Part shown: one piece after another, positions 54,565 to 64,000 of the stretch
Position numbering within the stretch: the first letter of the stretch is position 1
Layout of the letters: each line of letters opens with the position of its first letter
DNA from: a virus
Lineage: Duplodnaviria > Heunggongvirae > Uroviricota > Caudoviricetes
Reading direction: 5' to 3' (one strand)
Length of the DNA stretch: 64,000 nt
Virus record (IMG/VR): IMGVR_UViG_3300044712_000851
Location: 32,885 to 96,884 of that record
The notes under the pieces: generated by a model
Database searches by the model: none
Told to the model about the DNA's origin: nothing
The model's input: the letters and a program-made list of their open reading frames with translations, nothing else
Position numbers and translations under genes: made by a program

Positions 54565-54781
54565 AGAGTTAGATGAAATTGTTGAACACATTAAGCAAGG
54601 TTCGAAGTGGATGAAACAATTGAAACTCGATGACCCAAAGTTCAAGGATTACTTCGACCGCTTCTTAAAGTTAGTAGACTACTTCACTGCGTATGCTGAT
54701 CCAATTGGAGGACTGAGATTAATAACCGACCGAAGATATAGTTACATTGACAAAGAAAATAAAACGACTCCGACAAAATAA
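54536..54781 (+). CDS. hypothetical protein
   Basis: ATG after GGAGGAAAG. Confidence 0.4.
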   Translation: MAKAPPYEGKELDEIVEHIKQGSKWMKQLKLDDPKFKDYFDRFLKLVDYFTAYADPIGGLRLITDRRYSYIDKENKTTPTK

Positions 54782-54784
54782 AAA

Positions 54785-54805
54785 GGCGGGAGTGTTAGTC
54801 CCGCC
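54785..54805. terminator. bidirectional hairpin GGCGGGAGTGTTAGTCCCGCC between convergent genes
   Basis: 7-bp GC stem flanked by A-run and T-run. Confidence 0.55.
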
Positions 54806-54811
54806 AATTTA

Positions 54812-55270
54812 TTACTTAGACCAATAACCGTAGACACATCTTGTTCCACCTCTGGAACAATTGTATGTGTCGTTCAAGACACCGTCTATCACCGAAGCAA
54901 AGTGTCGGGAAAGACTTAAGACTAATCTCCCACTGGGAAGTTCATCTCGTCTTACATGAACCTTACAACCCTGCCCAATAAACATTGTTGGTGTCCATTT
55001 CCATCCTAATCGCTTGAGGTATATTGCTGATACCTCTTTGAATACGCCGTCTCTGGGGGAAGCCCCTTTACCTGCTATTCTTTTTGCGACTCGGCTGTGG
55101 TGGGTGGAAGCATACTCTTTGCCAATTTGAAACAAACTGGTATATACTTCTTGATAAGGTATCTGGGTCGCTATGGCGATTGCTCTCGTAACACAGTCGC
55201 CAGTCGTCCCCGTAAACCCTGCCTCTTTTCTACCACCATCGTTGTAGTTAAAATCAATCATTGTAATCAC
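54812..55270 (-). CDS. hypothetical protein
   Basis: 152-aa ORF. Confidence 0.45.
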   Translation of the reverse strand: MITMIDFNYNDGGRKEAGFTGTTGDCVTRAIAIATQIPYQEVYTSLFQIGKEYASTHHSRVAKRIAGKGASPRDGVFKEVSAIYLKRLGWKWTPTMFIGQGCKVHVRRDELPSGRLVLSLSRHFASVIDGVLNDTYNCSRGGTRCVYGYWSK

Positions 55271-55958
55271 CTCCTCTCTAACGGTAGCTCCGATTAAACT
55301 TTAACTGCCTTAGCGGTCAACTCTTTAAATTTCTTACCCTTTATTTCGGGCTCCCTTCTAAAAAGCTTGATCGCTCTGTTGATAGCAACTGCGAAGTTTG
55401 ATCCCTTGATCCGATATTCGCGTTCTCGTTTATATGGATAATAAACATAAACGGTTACTATATACATGGTTTATCACCCCCTTTCTTTTTAATGTGCGTG
55501 GCTAATGCCACTACATCCAGTATACCACCGCACAAATACTACAGGGTATTGAGTTCAATTTCTTTTTGGGACTGAAGCTATCAAAATGTTTTTAATGGAG
55601 ACTTTTTCAAAAAGTTAAAAATATGGCACTTATCCACAATTGTAGGCATGACAAAGATCTACTTGACAAGGAAGAAACTAAAATTAAAAACGTAATCCTA
55701 TAATTATCCGAGAGGTACCTTAACCCAACCAAACACTTCGGCTACTCCATAGAGTAGAGAGATAGCTACATACAGTACAAATATCAAACTATATATTCTG
55801 AAGATTGTTTTAAGTGGCCATGTTTCTATCCATGCCACTATCTTCCTGTCAATTTGGTGTATCTTATTCATGTTTTTGTTTGGCTGACTTCTCCAGTCTA
55901 GCCTTTCTACTATCTCTCCTTATTTTTTTAATCAACTGTGATACTGTTTTATATTTTA

Positions 55959-56474
55959 TCATTTGTGTCCTAGTTCTATGACTGCCCCGCCGTTGGCTGC
56001 ATAACTGCAACCTACTTTAAACTTTGGGTCTAACAATGAAAGGCGATGCCCTGGTGACCCGTCCCAAGCTTCTATAACATCCTTAGGATAGTTTCCCTCT
56101 GCATAATCTTCCGATATGGTATAACCTGCTGGTACATAGTTCTGAGCCCACTCTTTGAATTTTGCGTGGGCAATTCCCTCATCAAACCCTTGTTTAATAT
56201 CTAAATATCTTTGGGCTAGATTATTACATAAGTCGTCCTCAAGTCTTAAATCATCCAAGCCATGAGCCTCTCGGTAATCGTTGACTGCATCCCATATCTG
56301 TTGTCCCGTAAAAGTTCTAGGTCCGTCATTGCTGGACATGTAAGGTATTAGGGTTGCCTCGGGTTGACTTGTCGGAACGGCTTTAACATTCTTTCCAACA
56401 AACCCTCCGCCTACGAATGCCAAGAGCAATAAGACTAAAATTGTTGTTGTTGTATATCCTGATATGTTTTTCAT
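55959..56474 (-). CDS. secreted CAP/SCP-like domain protein candidate
   Basis: N-terminal transmembrane/signal segment; C-terminal GSPGHRLSLLDPKFKVGCSYA resembles the SCP-like motif. Confidence 0.4.
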   Translation of the reverse strand: MKNISGYTTTTILVLLLLAFVGGGFVGKNVKAVPTSQPEATLIPYMSSNDGPRTFTGQQIWDAVNDYREAHGLDDLRLEDDLCNNLAQRYLDIKQGFDEGIAHAKFKEWAQNYVPAGYTISEDYAEGNYPKDVIEAWDGSPGHRLSLLDPKFKVGCSYAANGGAVIELGHK

Positions 56475-56689
56475 TTCCTGATTTCTAATATTAAAACTTC
56501 TTTAGACATAAGCCTAAAGAAACCTTTAACTAACCAAACTATAAATTCTATTATGCTTATTACTGGCATGACAATGAACTGGAAGATTATAATGAACATA
56601 ATCAAGAACGGTGCAAAGCATGTCAGTAATATTTTTTCTCTTGGTGTCAAAGCACTCATATACTTTGACTGATCTACTGTTTCTTTCAT
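56471..56689 (-). CDS. small membrane protein
   Basis: Two hydrophobic segments. Confidence 0.4.
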   Translation of the reverse strand: MKETVDQSKYMSALTPREKILLTCFAPFLIMFIIIFQFIVMPVISIIEFIVWLVKGFFRLMSKEVLILEIRK

Positions 56690-57575
56690 TTTTGTATTTG
56701 AGCTATCAAACTCTCTAAGCTATCCAACATTTTTTCTTTGTCGGGTGCTATCGTAACATTCTGCATTACTGCTAATGAATGCTTAAGAGTTTTAACAGTT
56801 TCGTCCCTTTCCGCCTCATTCTTAAATTCTAAGTTTACCGTCATCTTCCATTCACCTCCTTTGTGTCTTTAATTATTCCATTCAATATTGCCAAGTCGAG
56901 TATAACTAATACTGACACTCCTACAAACTTTGTTGGGATGTATAGATCTGCAATGTACAAAACAATGACGGTGGTTAATAGTACCAAGGTAACCCAAGAT
57001 AAAAATATATTTTGTTTAATTTGTCTTTTCATATCCTCAGTCTACTCGCGTGGACTACTTACTTAATAATATTTGTTGTAACTTGTCGGCTAGTCCAACC
57101 AACTGTTCATGAAATGTCTTGACTTCCACGGACTTTGTTAATTCAATCAACTTCTTACCAACCTCAATCTTGGGTTGTATAAGATGTAATAAATTCTGTA
57201 TGTCTTGTTCTGATAGAAATGGTGTATTCATTTGAAATATTGTATGCATCTTACTGGAACATCTTTAAGTGTACTGGCACGGAATGACTCGCATGGTGCT
57301 TCCAACTGTACCCATACCGCCACCGCGATAATAATTACTACCGCTATCCATATTAAAATGTATGCTAAGTTTTCTTTATCCATTCTTAAATCCTCTAGGG
57401 GAATAATATCAAACTACAGGTGAAAGTGGTAGAGTTTTTATATGATACTAATCCCCCTAGAAAATTTAATGTTAAACCGCGTCCCCTTACTCAAGCTAAC
57501 AACTGAATACTAACATGTTTATTTATATCTGTCAATAGGTATTTTTGTATGGTCGTGGTGTGCTAAAAAGTCGAA

Positions 57576-57869
57576 CTACACCAATCTTCCGCGACGATAC
57601 AATCCACTCTTATAACTTCTGTGAACACGGGAATACTCCCTGTGTTTTTCCTTATTGTAATACTTCTGCCAATCGGGCGTCTGCTGTTTCTCTGGATGGT
57701 GAATTAAGAAAACTAATTTCTTTGAGACACCAAACATCTTACCCAACTGGCTTAAACTATACTGTCCTTTAAGTTTAACGATCTGTCGCCTATCATCATC
57801 AGACAACTTGCGACGCCGATCGTCAACCTTTCTAATCTTAAGGTGCTTTTCCTCAAATAGTAATGGCAT
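57576..57869 (-). CDS. basic HTH-like small protein
   Basis: SLSQLGKMFGVSKKLV helix-turn-helix-like segment. Confidence 0.4.
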   Translation of the reverse strand: MPLLFEEKHLKIRKVDDRRRKLSDDDRRQIVKLKGQYSLSQLGKMFGVSKKLVFLIHHPEKQQTPDWQKYYNKEKHREYSRVHRSYKSGLYRRGRLV

Positions 57870-57870
57870 T

Positions 57871-58146
57871 TTATTCGCTTCTCAATCTATCCCCAATTGC
57901 GAGTCTTACCTCAAGAGGTAGATCCAACAACTCTTTTTCTTTGCCAATGTTTTCATCCTCTGCCCCATTAAGACATTCTAAGACTGCGGAACATTCCGCA
58001 ATAGATCCACTATACTGGTTAAACCCTTGTGGACTTCTAGGCGTTTCACTCATGCCATAAACATCCCCATCAATCACTATCGTATAGCGATCCCAAGTCT
58101 TACCACCGTTATCAAATACTCTTATAATTGCTGTCATAATTTTCAC
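57871..58146 (-). CDS. hypothetical protein
   Basis: GAAAGGGGGTG ribosome-binding site. Confidence 0.4.
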   Translation of the reverse strand: MKIMTAIIRVFDNGGKTWDRYTIVIDGDVYGMSETPRSPQGFNQYSGSIAECSAVLECLNGAEDENIGKEKELLDLPLEVRLAIGDRLRSE

Positions 58147-58197
58147 CCCCTTTCTAGTTCTAATCCTTACCCACTGTATAAATGGGCAAGGTTAAAA

Positions 58198-58425
58198 TTA
58201 GTTAAGACAATCATCAAATGGAATTCCCATTTGTGTAGTGTTTAACATTAAGCATTGTCGGTACTTTATCTGACCCCGCAACTCTCCTGTCCTATAAATA
58301 CCCCTGACAATTGAGTACAGTATTAAGAAGCCAACTATCCCCCATACCGCTCCATGCCATGCGTATTCCGCATTTGTCTTTCGACCTCTCCTAACTTCTT
58401 TTGCTTTGTGTTCTTTTCGTCTCAT
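58198..58425 (-). CDS. small membrane protein
   Basis: Transmembrane segment. Confidence 0.35.
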   Translation of the reverse strand: MRRKEHKAKEVRRGRKTNAEYAWHGAVWGIVGFLILYSIVRGIYRTGELRGQIKYRQCLMLNTTQMGIPFDDCLN

Positions 58426-58686
58426 TATTAATCACCCCCTCTCAACTACCACTAACTAACCTAACTTTTTGTAGATGTCATAAGCGTGTGCTTTGTCAAT
58501 CTTTCTCAAATACTTTTCTGCTTCGCTTGTTCCCAATACATCCGCAAGTAGTTTCATTTGCTTTAGCAAAATATCCCTAAGGTATTGTGCTTCGCTTTCT
58601 GTCAATTCAATTTTTACATTCATACTTTTACCTCCTTTCTAATTAATTACTGTGTGTTGCCCCGTACTAGGGGGCAATCACAATAC

Positions 58687-59121
58687 TTAATCCTCTCCTC
58701 TCCCCTGTCTGTCTTGATACTCTTCCTCTAACTCTTCGAGGGTATAGTTTTCGTATCCCCTGCATCCCGACCTCAATGCCATCTTTGCAAAATCAAAAAC
58801 GGAATTGTTGGCTGGGTCTTCAAAATAAGACAAGTCTTTGTCAATCAAGTATTCAACCAACTCTGACTTGCGACTTTTGTTTAATAGCTCGACGCCTATT
58901 TCGTTAAGCCTATCTGTAACCAACTTCTCATTTCTAAAATCTAGATAGTCTCCCTCGAGTAACTCCCAATCAACATCACTTGCGTCGTCGGTACTAAGAG
59001 TTCCGTCTTTTAGCATAGGGCAAAAGACAAGAGTACCATCAATGAGCTTGTAACCACTGCCCATATCTTCGTACTTGTACCAAATTAAGTTTGTTTTGTT
59101 TCCAAATTGCATATGTTTCAC
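58687..59121 (-). CDS. hypothetical early protein
   Basis: GGAAAGGAGGTGAAACATATG. Confidence 0.45.
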   Translation of the reverse strand: MKHMQFGNKTNLIWYKYEDMGSGYKLIDGTLVFCPMLKDGTLSTDDASDVDWELLEGDYLDFRNEKLVTDRLNEIGVELLNKSRKSELVEYLIDKDLSYFEDPANNSVFDFAKMALRSGCRGYENYTLEELEEEYQDRQGRGED

Positions 59122-59381
59122 CTCCTTTCCACTTCTACTAATTCATTTTTAAGATATACAAAAGTGGGTATAATTTCAAAATTGTTTTTGGTTTTATAGT
59201 TTGCATCATAGACAAGTACCCTGTCTCCGTTATCTTCAATGAGACCGAATAAACAATTAGCGTCTCCCTCCTCAACAACATCTTTAAATTTGTATAACTT
59301 TATGTTTTGCATTTTGTTTTCTTTCTTTAATTTAGTTTTGACTGCTATCGCCTCGCCTAAGCCAAGCGATAGTATCAACAT
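59118..59381 (-). CDS. hypothetical early protein
   Basis: ORF. Confidence 0.4.
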   Translation of the reverse strand: MLILSLGLGEAIAVKTKLKKENKMQNIKLYKFKDVVEEGDANCLFGLIEDNGDRVLVYDANYKTKNNFEIIPTFVYLKNELVEVERR

Positions 59382-59587
59382 TAAATGTTTGGATTGATTG
59401 AATAGCTAGGTACACTAGACTTGTGAAATGTAACTGTAATTATCGCTACTCCCGTTTCTGTTTTACACAAGTCATACTTGAATCCGCGTCCATTCTTAAC
59501 TAGATATGTACCCGAGATATCAATACCATGTTCTTTTCCAAAATTAGTTAAATGTATCAGTGCTAAGTTTTCTAATATTTGTTTCAT
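59381..59587 (-). CDS. hypothetical early protein
   Basis: GAAAGGAGGCAAAATG. Confidence 0.4.
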   Translation of the reverse strand: MKQILENLALIHLTNFGKEHGIDISGTYLVKNGRGFKYDLCKTETGVAIITVTFHKSSVPSYSINPNI

Positions 59588-59653
59588 TTTGCCTCCTTTC
59601 TAATTCTTTTTGTACTGCCTCGTATTTATTAAATCCGAAGCAGTCAAAGACAA

Positions 59654-59965
59654 CTAGATCCCTTTGCCCCACTGTCTAAATTTAATCTTGCCGTCTAGAA
59701 TATCACTAAACTTACAAGTCATCTCAAAATCTCCAATCCCCGCCCAACCATCTTCATTGGAATAGAAACCTATTGTGATCTTATCGCTTCTACGCGTTGG
59801 AATATTTGAATCATTGTATTTTGTTATGAGTAGAGTTTTTTCTACTGTAACTCCCGCTTCGCCATTGTCTGAATGATTCATCGCGTACGAATCACAACCG
59901 CCTCCTGTTCCTAACCAGCTCCAACCCAACTTTTTCATCTGTTCTTCATATTTGTTTTTGTGCAT
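59654..59965 (-). CDS. hypothetical early protein
   Basis: GAAAGGAGGCTAAACAAAATG. Confidence 0.45.
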   Translation of the reverse strand: MHKNKYEEQMKKLGWSWLGTGGGCDSYAMNHSDNGEAGVTVEKTLLITKYNDSNIPTRRSDKITIGFYSNEDGWAGIGDFEMTCKFSDILDGKIKFRQWGKGI

Positions 59966-60033
59966 TTTGTTTAGCCTCCTTTCTATTCTGTTATGTGCGG
60001 TCTAGCCATTCACGATGTACTAAACCGCGTCTG

Positions 60034-60501
60034 TTACTTAAGAGTTGCAATCGCCCCATCCAATCGCGTTTGCTTTTCATCCTCACTCAAGCTGTCCCAA
60101 TCCTCTGGCATTTGTAACGCCCCCTCTGGAATTCCCGCCTTAAGCATTCTGACTTTCCAATCGTTAGCTTCTTTTTTATCTTTGGTAAAAAAGTCTCCCA
60201 ATTGTGCAATCATTGCTACATGACTAAGCCTCGAGGGTTCTTGATAATCCCGAAGATATTCACGGCATTCTGTTGTCAATGCTTCGCCAAGTATCTTTTC
60301 CGCCTTATCTACCGCCCCTTGCATGACCGATTGATACTTATACGATTCCCATGTACGGTTATAATATCTCGCCCTGTTAAAAGCGATCTCGTTGCCGTCT
60401 AGGTATAGCCATGCTTTATGACCCCACGAATTCCTTGTCTCGTAGTAATCAGCCTCAATTTTAACTCTATCGTTTATAATAAATGTTTCCATGTTTATCA
60501 C
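60034..60501 (-). CDS. hypothetical early protein
   Basis: RBS GAGGGGAGGTG. Confidence 0.45.
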   Translation of the reverse strand: MINMETFIINDRVKIEADYYETRNSWGHKAWLYLDGNEIAFNRARYYNRTWESYKYQSVMQGAVDKAEKILGEALTTECREYLRDYQEPSRLSHVAMIAQLGDFFTKDKKEANDWKVRMLKAGIPEGALQMPEDWDSLSEDEKQTRLDGAIATLK

Positions 60502-60578
60502 CTCCCCTCGCTAGTTCGATTTTTTAATCATATTGTTTATTGTTCCCGCCTCGAGCTATCTCAAGACGGGTACAATCC

Positions 60579-60938
60579 TCAGTATGCCGAAGCAGGTCGT
60601 GCCTGATCCTGTTCAAAAGTTGTCTCTTCCCATTCATCACCATCGTGATTTGTTAATCCGTGATAGTATTTCTTCAATGCCTCCGTTACTTCTTCAACTA
60701 TCGCTTGATCTTTTTTGCTTAACTTTGACGGATCAAAATTATAGCTATGGCATACTCTACCGAGTAGCCCACCTCCGAGATAGTTTTGGTATGCGGTCAT
60801 TTTAAAATCCTCTTCATCGTTGTCTTGATCTTTTTGTAATAAGTCATTGAGACCAATCTCAATTCCGCCCCCTCTATAACTAGCCTCGCATCGTAAAGTA
60901 TTATTCTCGATGTATTCCTCGTAATTTGTTTTACTCAT
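60579..60938 (-). CDS. acidic hypothetical early protein
   Basis: RBS GGGAGGGGGTG. Confidence 0.45.
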   Translation of the reverse strand: MSKTNYEEYIENNTLRCEASYRGGGIEIGLNDLLQKDQDNDEEDFKMTAYQNYLGGGLLGRVCHSYNFDPSKLSKKDQAIVEEVTEALKKYYHGLTNHDGDEWEETTFEQDQARPASAY

Positions 60939-61195
60939 TTGTTACTCACCCCCTCCCGTTGCTGTATAATTTTAATGTTGTCGTTTGAGTTTAGATCGTC
61001 GATAATAAATTCAAGTATAAGATTCCGAGCCGTCGCGAATGCTATATACTCAGTTCCGAATGCCGAGCTATCTGTTACCACTTCGCCGTTAAGCGTTATG
61101 ATGTAGCTCCACCCATACCCCGCATTCTTAACTGTAATTAATTTGTATGTTTTCATAGATATATTTTTGTTATTGTAAAATCCTCGCCCGTCCAT
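60935..61195 (-). CDS. hypothetical early protein
   Basis: ORF. Confidence 0.4.
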   Translation of the reverse strand: MDGRGFYNNKNISMKTYKLITVKNAGYGWSYIITLNGEVVTDSSAFGTEYIAFATARNLILEFIIDDLNSNDNIKIIQQREGVSNK

Positions 61196-61360
61196 GGTCT
61201 GATATGCTTGATATAAAATGCCCCTCTTGTTTTCTCATTCTTGAGTAACCAAAAGTGTGCTGTAATATTAAGCCGTCTGATTAATTGTTTTAGTTTTAAC
61301 ATTTTTAATTTTGTTTATATTGCCCTGTATGTATTCCAATACTAGGGCAATTAAATAAAA

Positions 61361-61930
61361 TTAGCCGTTGTATACAGTCGTTTTGAATGGACTGAATCCC
61401 TCGACCTTGTAACTATCTATCTTTGCCCAATCAAACTTGATCGAATCAAAATAGTTAACAGTGCCTTTGTCTTTGATACCCTTGACCGCAAACCCTATGG
61501 CTTCATCGTACAATGGTTTTAAATCCTCAAGCTTTGACCCACAATATACCACTTGACTGCCTATGTTAGCCTTGATATGTACTAAAAGCGTTTGATATAT
61601 ATACTCTATTTGTTCGCTCGTAAATAGATCAAAATTTTCTTTGACCTTGAGAAAATTAATTGTTTTATCAAACCCATCGTTGCCGTAAAAATCGAATGCT
61701 TGACTTATAACATGATTGTTTGATTCATCGCGTCCCAATACTAAAATCTTATAGTATGTACTTTTCTTTGGCTTATTTTCTCGCCCCGTTTTAGGGTTGA
61801 TCGTATAGCTACAATGTCTGAATCCGTGAGACTTGTTAAACTCTAGATAATCAGTTTTTGTAGTCTTTAATCTAAACCCATACGGATAATTTTCGCTCGT
61901 TAGTTTTTCAGTTGTCTTATATAGTTTCAT
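61361..61930 (-). CDS. hypothetical early protein
   Basis: 189-aa ORF. Confidence 0.45.
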   Translation of the reverse strand: MKLYKTTEKLTSENYPYGFRLKTTKTDYLEFNKSHGFRHCSYTINPKTGRENKPKKSTYYKILVLGRDESNNHVISQAFDFYGNDGFDKTINFLKVKENFDLFTSEQIEYIYQTLLVHIKANIGSQVVYCGSKLEDLKPLYDEAIGFAVKGIKDKGTVNYFDSIKFDWAKIDSYKVEGFSPFKTTVYNG

Positions 61931-62517
61931 GATTGATCACCCCCCATCGTTGTTTTAATTTCCTTGATATGTTTTAAATATTGATTGAATATGTCCGCAT
62001 TCAAGTTGTAACTTATATGCCCATTTATATATATAATCGCTCGTGATGTGTACAATTTAGCCGTGATTTCCTTGCCTTGAGCTATCTCGTTTTTGATATC
62101 CTTGATAAACTTAACCACCTTGCGATGCAATGCCTCGCGTTCCTTGAGTTTCCAAAAGTCATCCGAGTCCGTGAGTTGTAAAGTTTCCGCACAATCTAGC
62201 CCCACAATATACGAATGCCCCTCGTTGTCTTTAAGCGTGGCAATGTTAACTATCAAGCGTCCGCAATTCTCACAAGTAGCCCCGCCCCCGTCCTCGAATG
62301 TCCCCGCATAATCAAACCCCACAAGTGTATATTTGCGATCAATTGGCAAGTTATGCCTTGCAACTCTAGGGGCGACCCATTGAATGCGTTTACCTCTAAA
62401 CATATTCTGAATGAATCTACCCTTGAGATGTTTTTTGCAAACCCCGTTCGAATATCCCTCGACTTGATATTCTGCCTTGTGTCTGCCGTTAGTATCGAAT
62501 ATGCAATATAATTCCAT
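61927..62517 (-). CDS. hypothetical early protein with a CxxC...CxxC pair
   Basis: CENCGRL; 196 aa. Confidence 0.45.
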   Translation of the reverse strand: MELYCIFDTNGRHKAEYQVEGYSNGVCKKHLKGRFIQNMFRGKRIQWVAPRVARHNLPIDRKYTLVGFDYAGTFEDGGGATCENCGRLIVNIATLKDNEGHSYIVGLDCAETLQLTDSDDFWKLKEREALHRKVVKFIKDIKNEIAQGKEITAKLYTSRAIIYINGHISYNLNADIFNQYLKHIKEIKTTMGGDQS

Positions 62518-62519
62518 TT

Positions 62520-62858
62520 TTAGATTATTAGATTATTTTTAGTCAATAGCTCGTTCCGTTCAATGTTGCCATACTTCAAAGCATCCGCCCGTGATACTAG
62601 CGGATCGCCCGCGACTGTATAGCTATATAATCGCCTGTTATTCTCGTATATTGTTATGCGTGGCTTGTAGCCGTCGCGAGTTCGAATCGTTGATACTCTT
62701 ATATCGTCCGTAACCTTGCAAACATGTTCACATCGTCCGCAATAGTCCCCGCCCGCTTGACATTCTCGCGGTATATACTCACCGCATACGCATTTTATAT
62801 ATTTAGTTTCCATTTTAGTTTTAATTCTTATTGCCTCGCTCGATGTAATTAGCTTCAA
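62520..62858 (-). CDS. zinc-ribbon protein
   Basis: CVCGE...CGRCEHVC. Confidence 0.4.
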   Translation of the reverse strand: MKLITSSEAIRIKTKMETKYIKCVCGEYIPRECQAGGDYCGRCEHVCKVTDDIRVSTIRTRDGYKPRITIYENNRRLYSYTVAGDPLVSRADALKYGNIERNELLTKNNLII

Positions 62859-62873
62859 GCGAGGTTATAAAAA

Positions 62874-63239
62874 TTAGATCAGATATAACTCGTTGTCATA
62901 CTCTAAACTAACCGCCTCTTGTAGCATTGTATGCTTGATTGTTCGTGCGTATAACAATACCTCTTCAATGTTGGCGTCGACTTGTTCCGCCGTCCCATAT
63001 GATTCAACTATCGTTATGCGTTCAACTATTAGCCCCTTGCTATCTGATACCCATGCCCCTCGTGCTTCGAAGCTTGTAGCTCCGCCGAATAGCTTCGAGA
63101 ATAGCTCGAGCGTATCCGCCACAACTTGAGCGTTGTCTGTTACCTTGTCCGCTTCTTTAGTACTAGGGATATACAACTTGATACAATGATCTAGTTTAAA
63201 AATCCCCTTTAACTCTTGTGTTGCTTTTTTTATTTGCAT
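62874..63239 (-). CDS. hypothetical early protein (first gene of the leftward early block)
   Basis: 121-aa ORF next to the terminal non-coding region. Confidence 0.45.
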   Translation of the reverse strand: MQIKKATQELKGIFKLDHCIKLYIPSTKEADKVTDNAQVVADTLELFSKLFGGATSFEARGAWVSDSKGLIVERITIVESYGTAEQVDANIEEVLLYARTIKHTMLQEAVSLEYDNELYLI

Positions 63240-64000
63240 ATATATTCACCTCGATCCTATTTAGATCGTGCTTGAGGTGTTGACCCGTCCGAGTACTACC
63301 CCAAGCCCCGATCATGGAATTAATAGCGATATGCTATATAGTGAGCTGGTATATAACCGCGTGAGGTTATAGTTTGGTATCCCATTCAAAAGCTGGGCGT
63401 TACCCGCTCGAGTTTCCATTTGTCCCCTATATAAGTACTTGCTTTTTGTTATGTCTTAAGCTATAAATAATTTGTTAAGCGTTAAGACTTTCATTCATGT
63501 GCTTATACTCGTAGAATACTACACCCCAAAGGGATAAGTCAAATTTTTTTAGCCCGTGTTTTCGGTCAATAGTGACCAATTTAGGTTCAAAACCAAATGT
63601 TATTTTCTGAGGCTATTTTGTTTGAAGAGGGGCGACTTTTGCAATGTCAATGCTTCAAGCGTTGCGTGGTGTTTGCGTCCGAACTCGTTCCCATTGCCTA
63701 TTAATTGCCGTCGTGAGGTGTTGAGCTTGTAGCCTCGATGCGTCGCACATTCTTACTTATGCGACGCTATTTCGAGCCTGATAGCCTTGCGTTTCCTGTT
63801 ATGGGATGCACCCGCGTACTATTTATAGCAAAAAAACGACTTTTTGCGGTGGGGTGGTTTCCGCTTTTTAGCATGGGGGGGCGGGTACATGGGCGAGGCT
63901 AGAAAACCGATCCCGCTCGTGGGGCAAGGGGTACCCCTCACCCGTCGCGGTACTAATATAACACGGCTCAAATACCTTTCCCCATTTTTTCATTTTTCCC
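63240..64000. other. GC-richer non-coding region with no ORF >60 aa (candidate early promoter, origin or genome-terminus region)
   Basis: About 760 nt; composition shifts (runs such as GGGGGGGCGGG); divergent from the early genes. Confidence 0.4.

Noticed and set aside
55313-55486. 57-aa basic minus-strand ORF (MYIVTVYVYYPYKRERY...)
   Set aside because: Below the size threshold and no recognisable motif; could be real but not supportable
1-64000. Alternative genetic code or stop-codon recoding
   Set aside because: All large genes, including the 1463-aa ORF, are intact under the standard code; no support in this window despite a possible UCA tRNA

Overview
The window reads as a large, tailed dsDNA phage (or prophage) of a Shine-Dalgarno-using, most likely Gram-positive-type host. 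Nearly every start codon is preceded by a GGAGGTG ribosome-binding site. It has four blocks: (1) 1–19.9 kb, plus-strand virion and surface-glycan genes; (2) 19.9–33.2 kb, minus-strand metabolism genes plus a long same-strand operon carrying a complete ubiquitin-like conjugation cassette and a Ro60-like gene; (3) 33.25–44.24 kb, an array of about 40 minus-strand tRNA genes; (4) 45–63 kb, a replication module and many small early-type minus-strand genes, ending in a GC-richer non-coding stretch.

Block 1 holds a cytidylyltransferase and two family-2 glycosyltransferases, a vWA protein, two tandem paralogous fibre-like proteins, a glycine-rich protein, a 1463-aa protein with a very basic C-terminal tail, and an SLT lytic transglycosylase plus a C39-like peptidase. 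Two late structural genes carry a duplicated promoter, hairpin and T-tract leader.

Block 2 holds SSB, an E1-like/ThiF protein, a GNAT acetyltransferase, a DnaQ-like exonuclease, a purine nucleoside phosphorylase and a JAB protease. It also holds an operon: a tRNA-Tyr mimic (candidate Y RNA), a Ro60-like TROVE+vWA protein, a vWA protein, a membrane protein, an E1-like protein, a ThiS/MoaD-like Ubl ending ...GG-R, an E2-like protein with an HPN...C motif, and a JAMM protease.

Block 3 also holds two HNH endonucleases, an RRM RNA-binding protein and two methyltransferase-like genes. Several tRNA genes are interrupted by 50–125 nt inserts that all end in a conserved roughly 27-nt motif (TGTCTCGCAGG-N-ATT-N-TACAAGCA). 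At least six copies exist, and three have a matching upstream 5' exon. These look like a previously undescribed class of tRNA intervening sequences.

Block 4 holds a replisome organiser with internal iterons, a primase-helicase, an SPFH protein, a secreted PT-rich protein and a PD-(D/E)xK nuclease. tRNA coordinates were derived by hand and are approximate (about ±3 nt).
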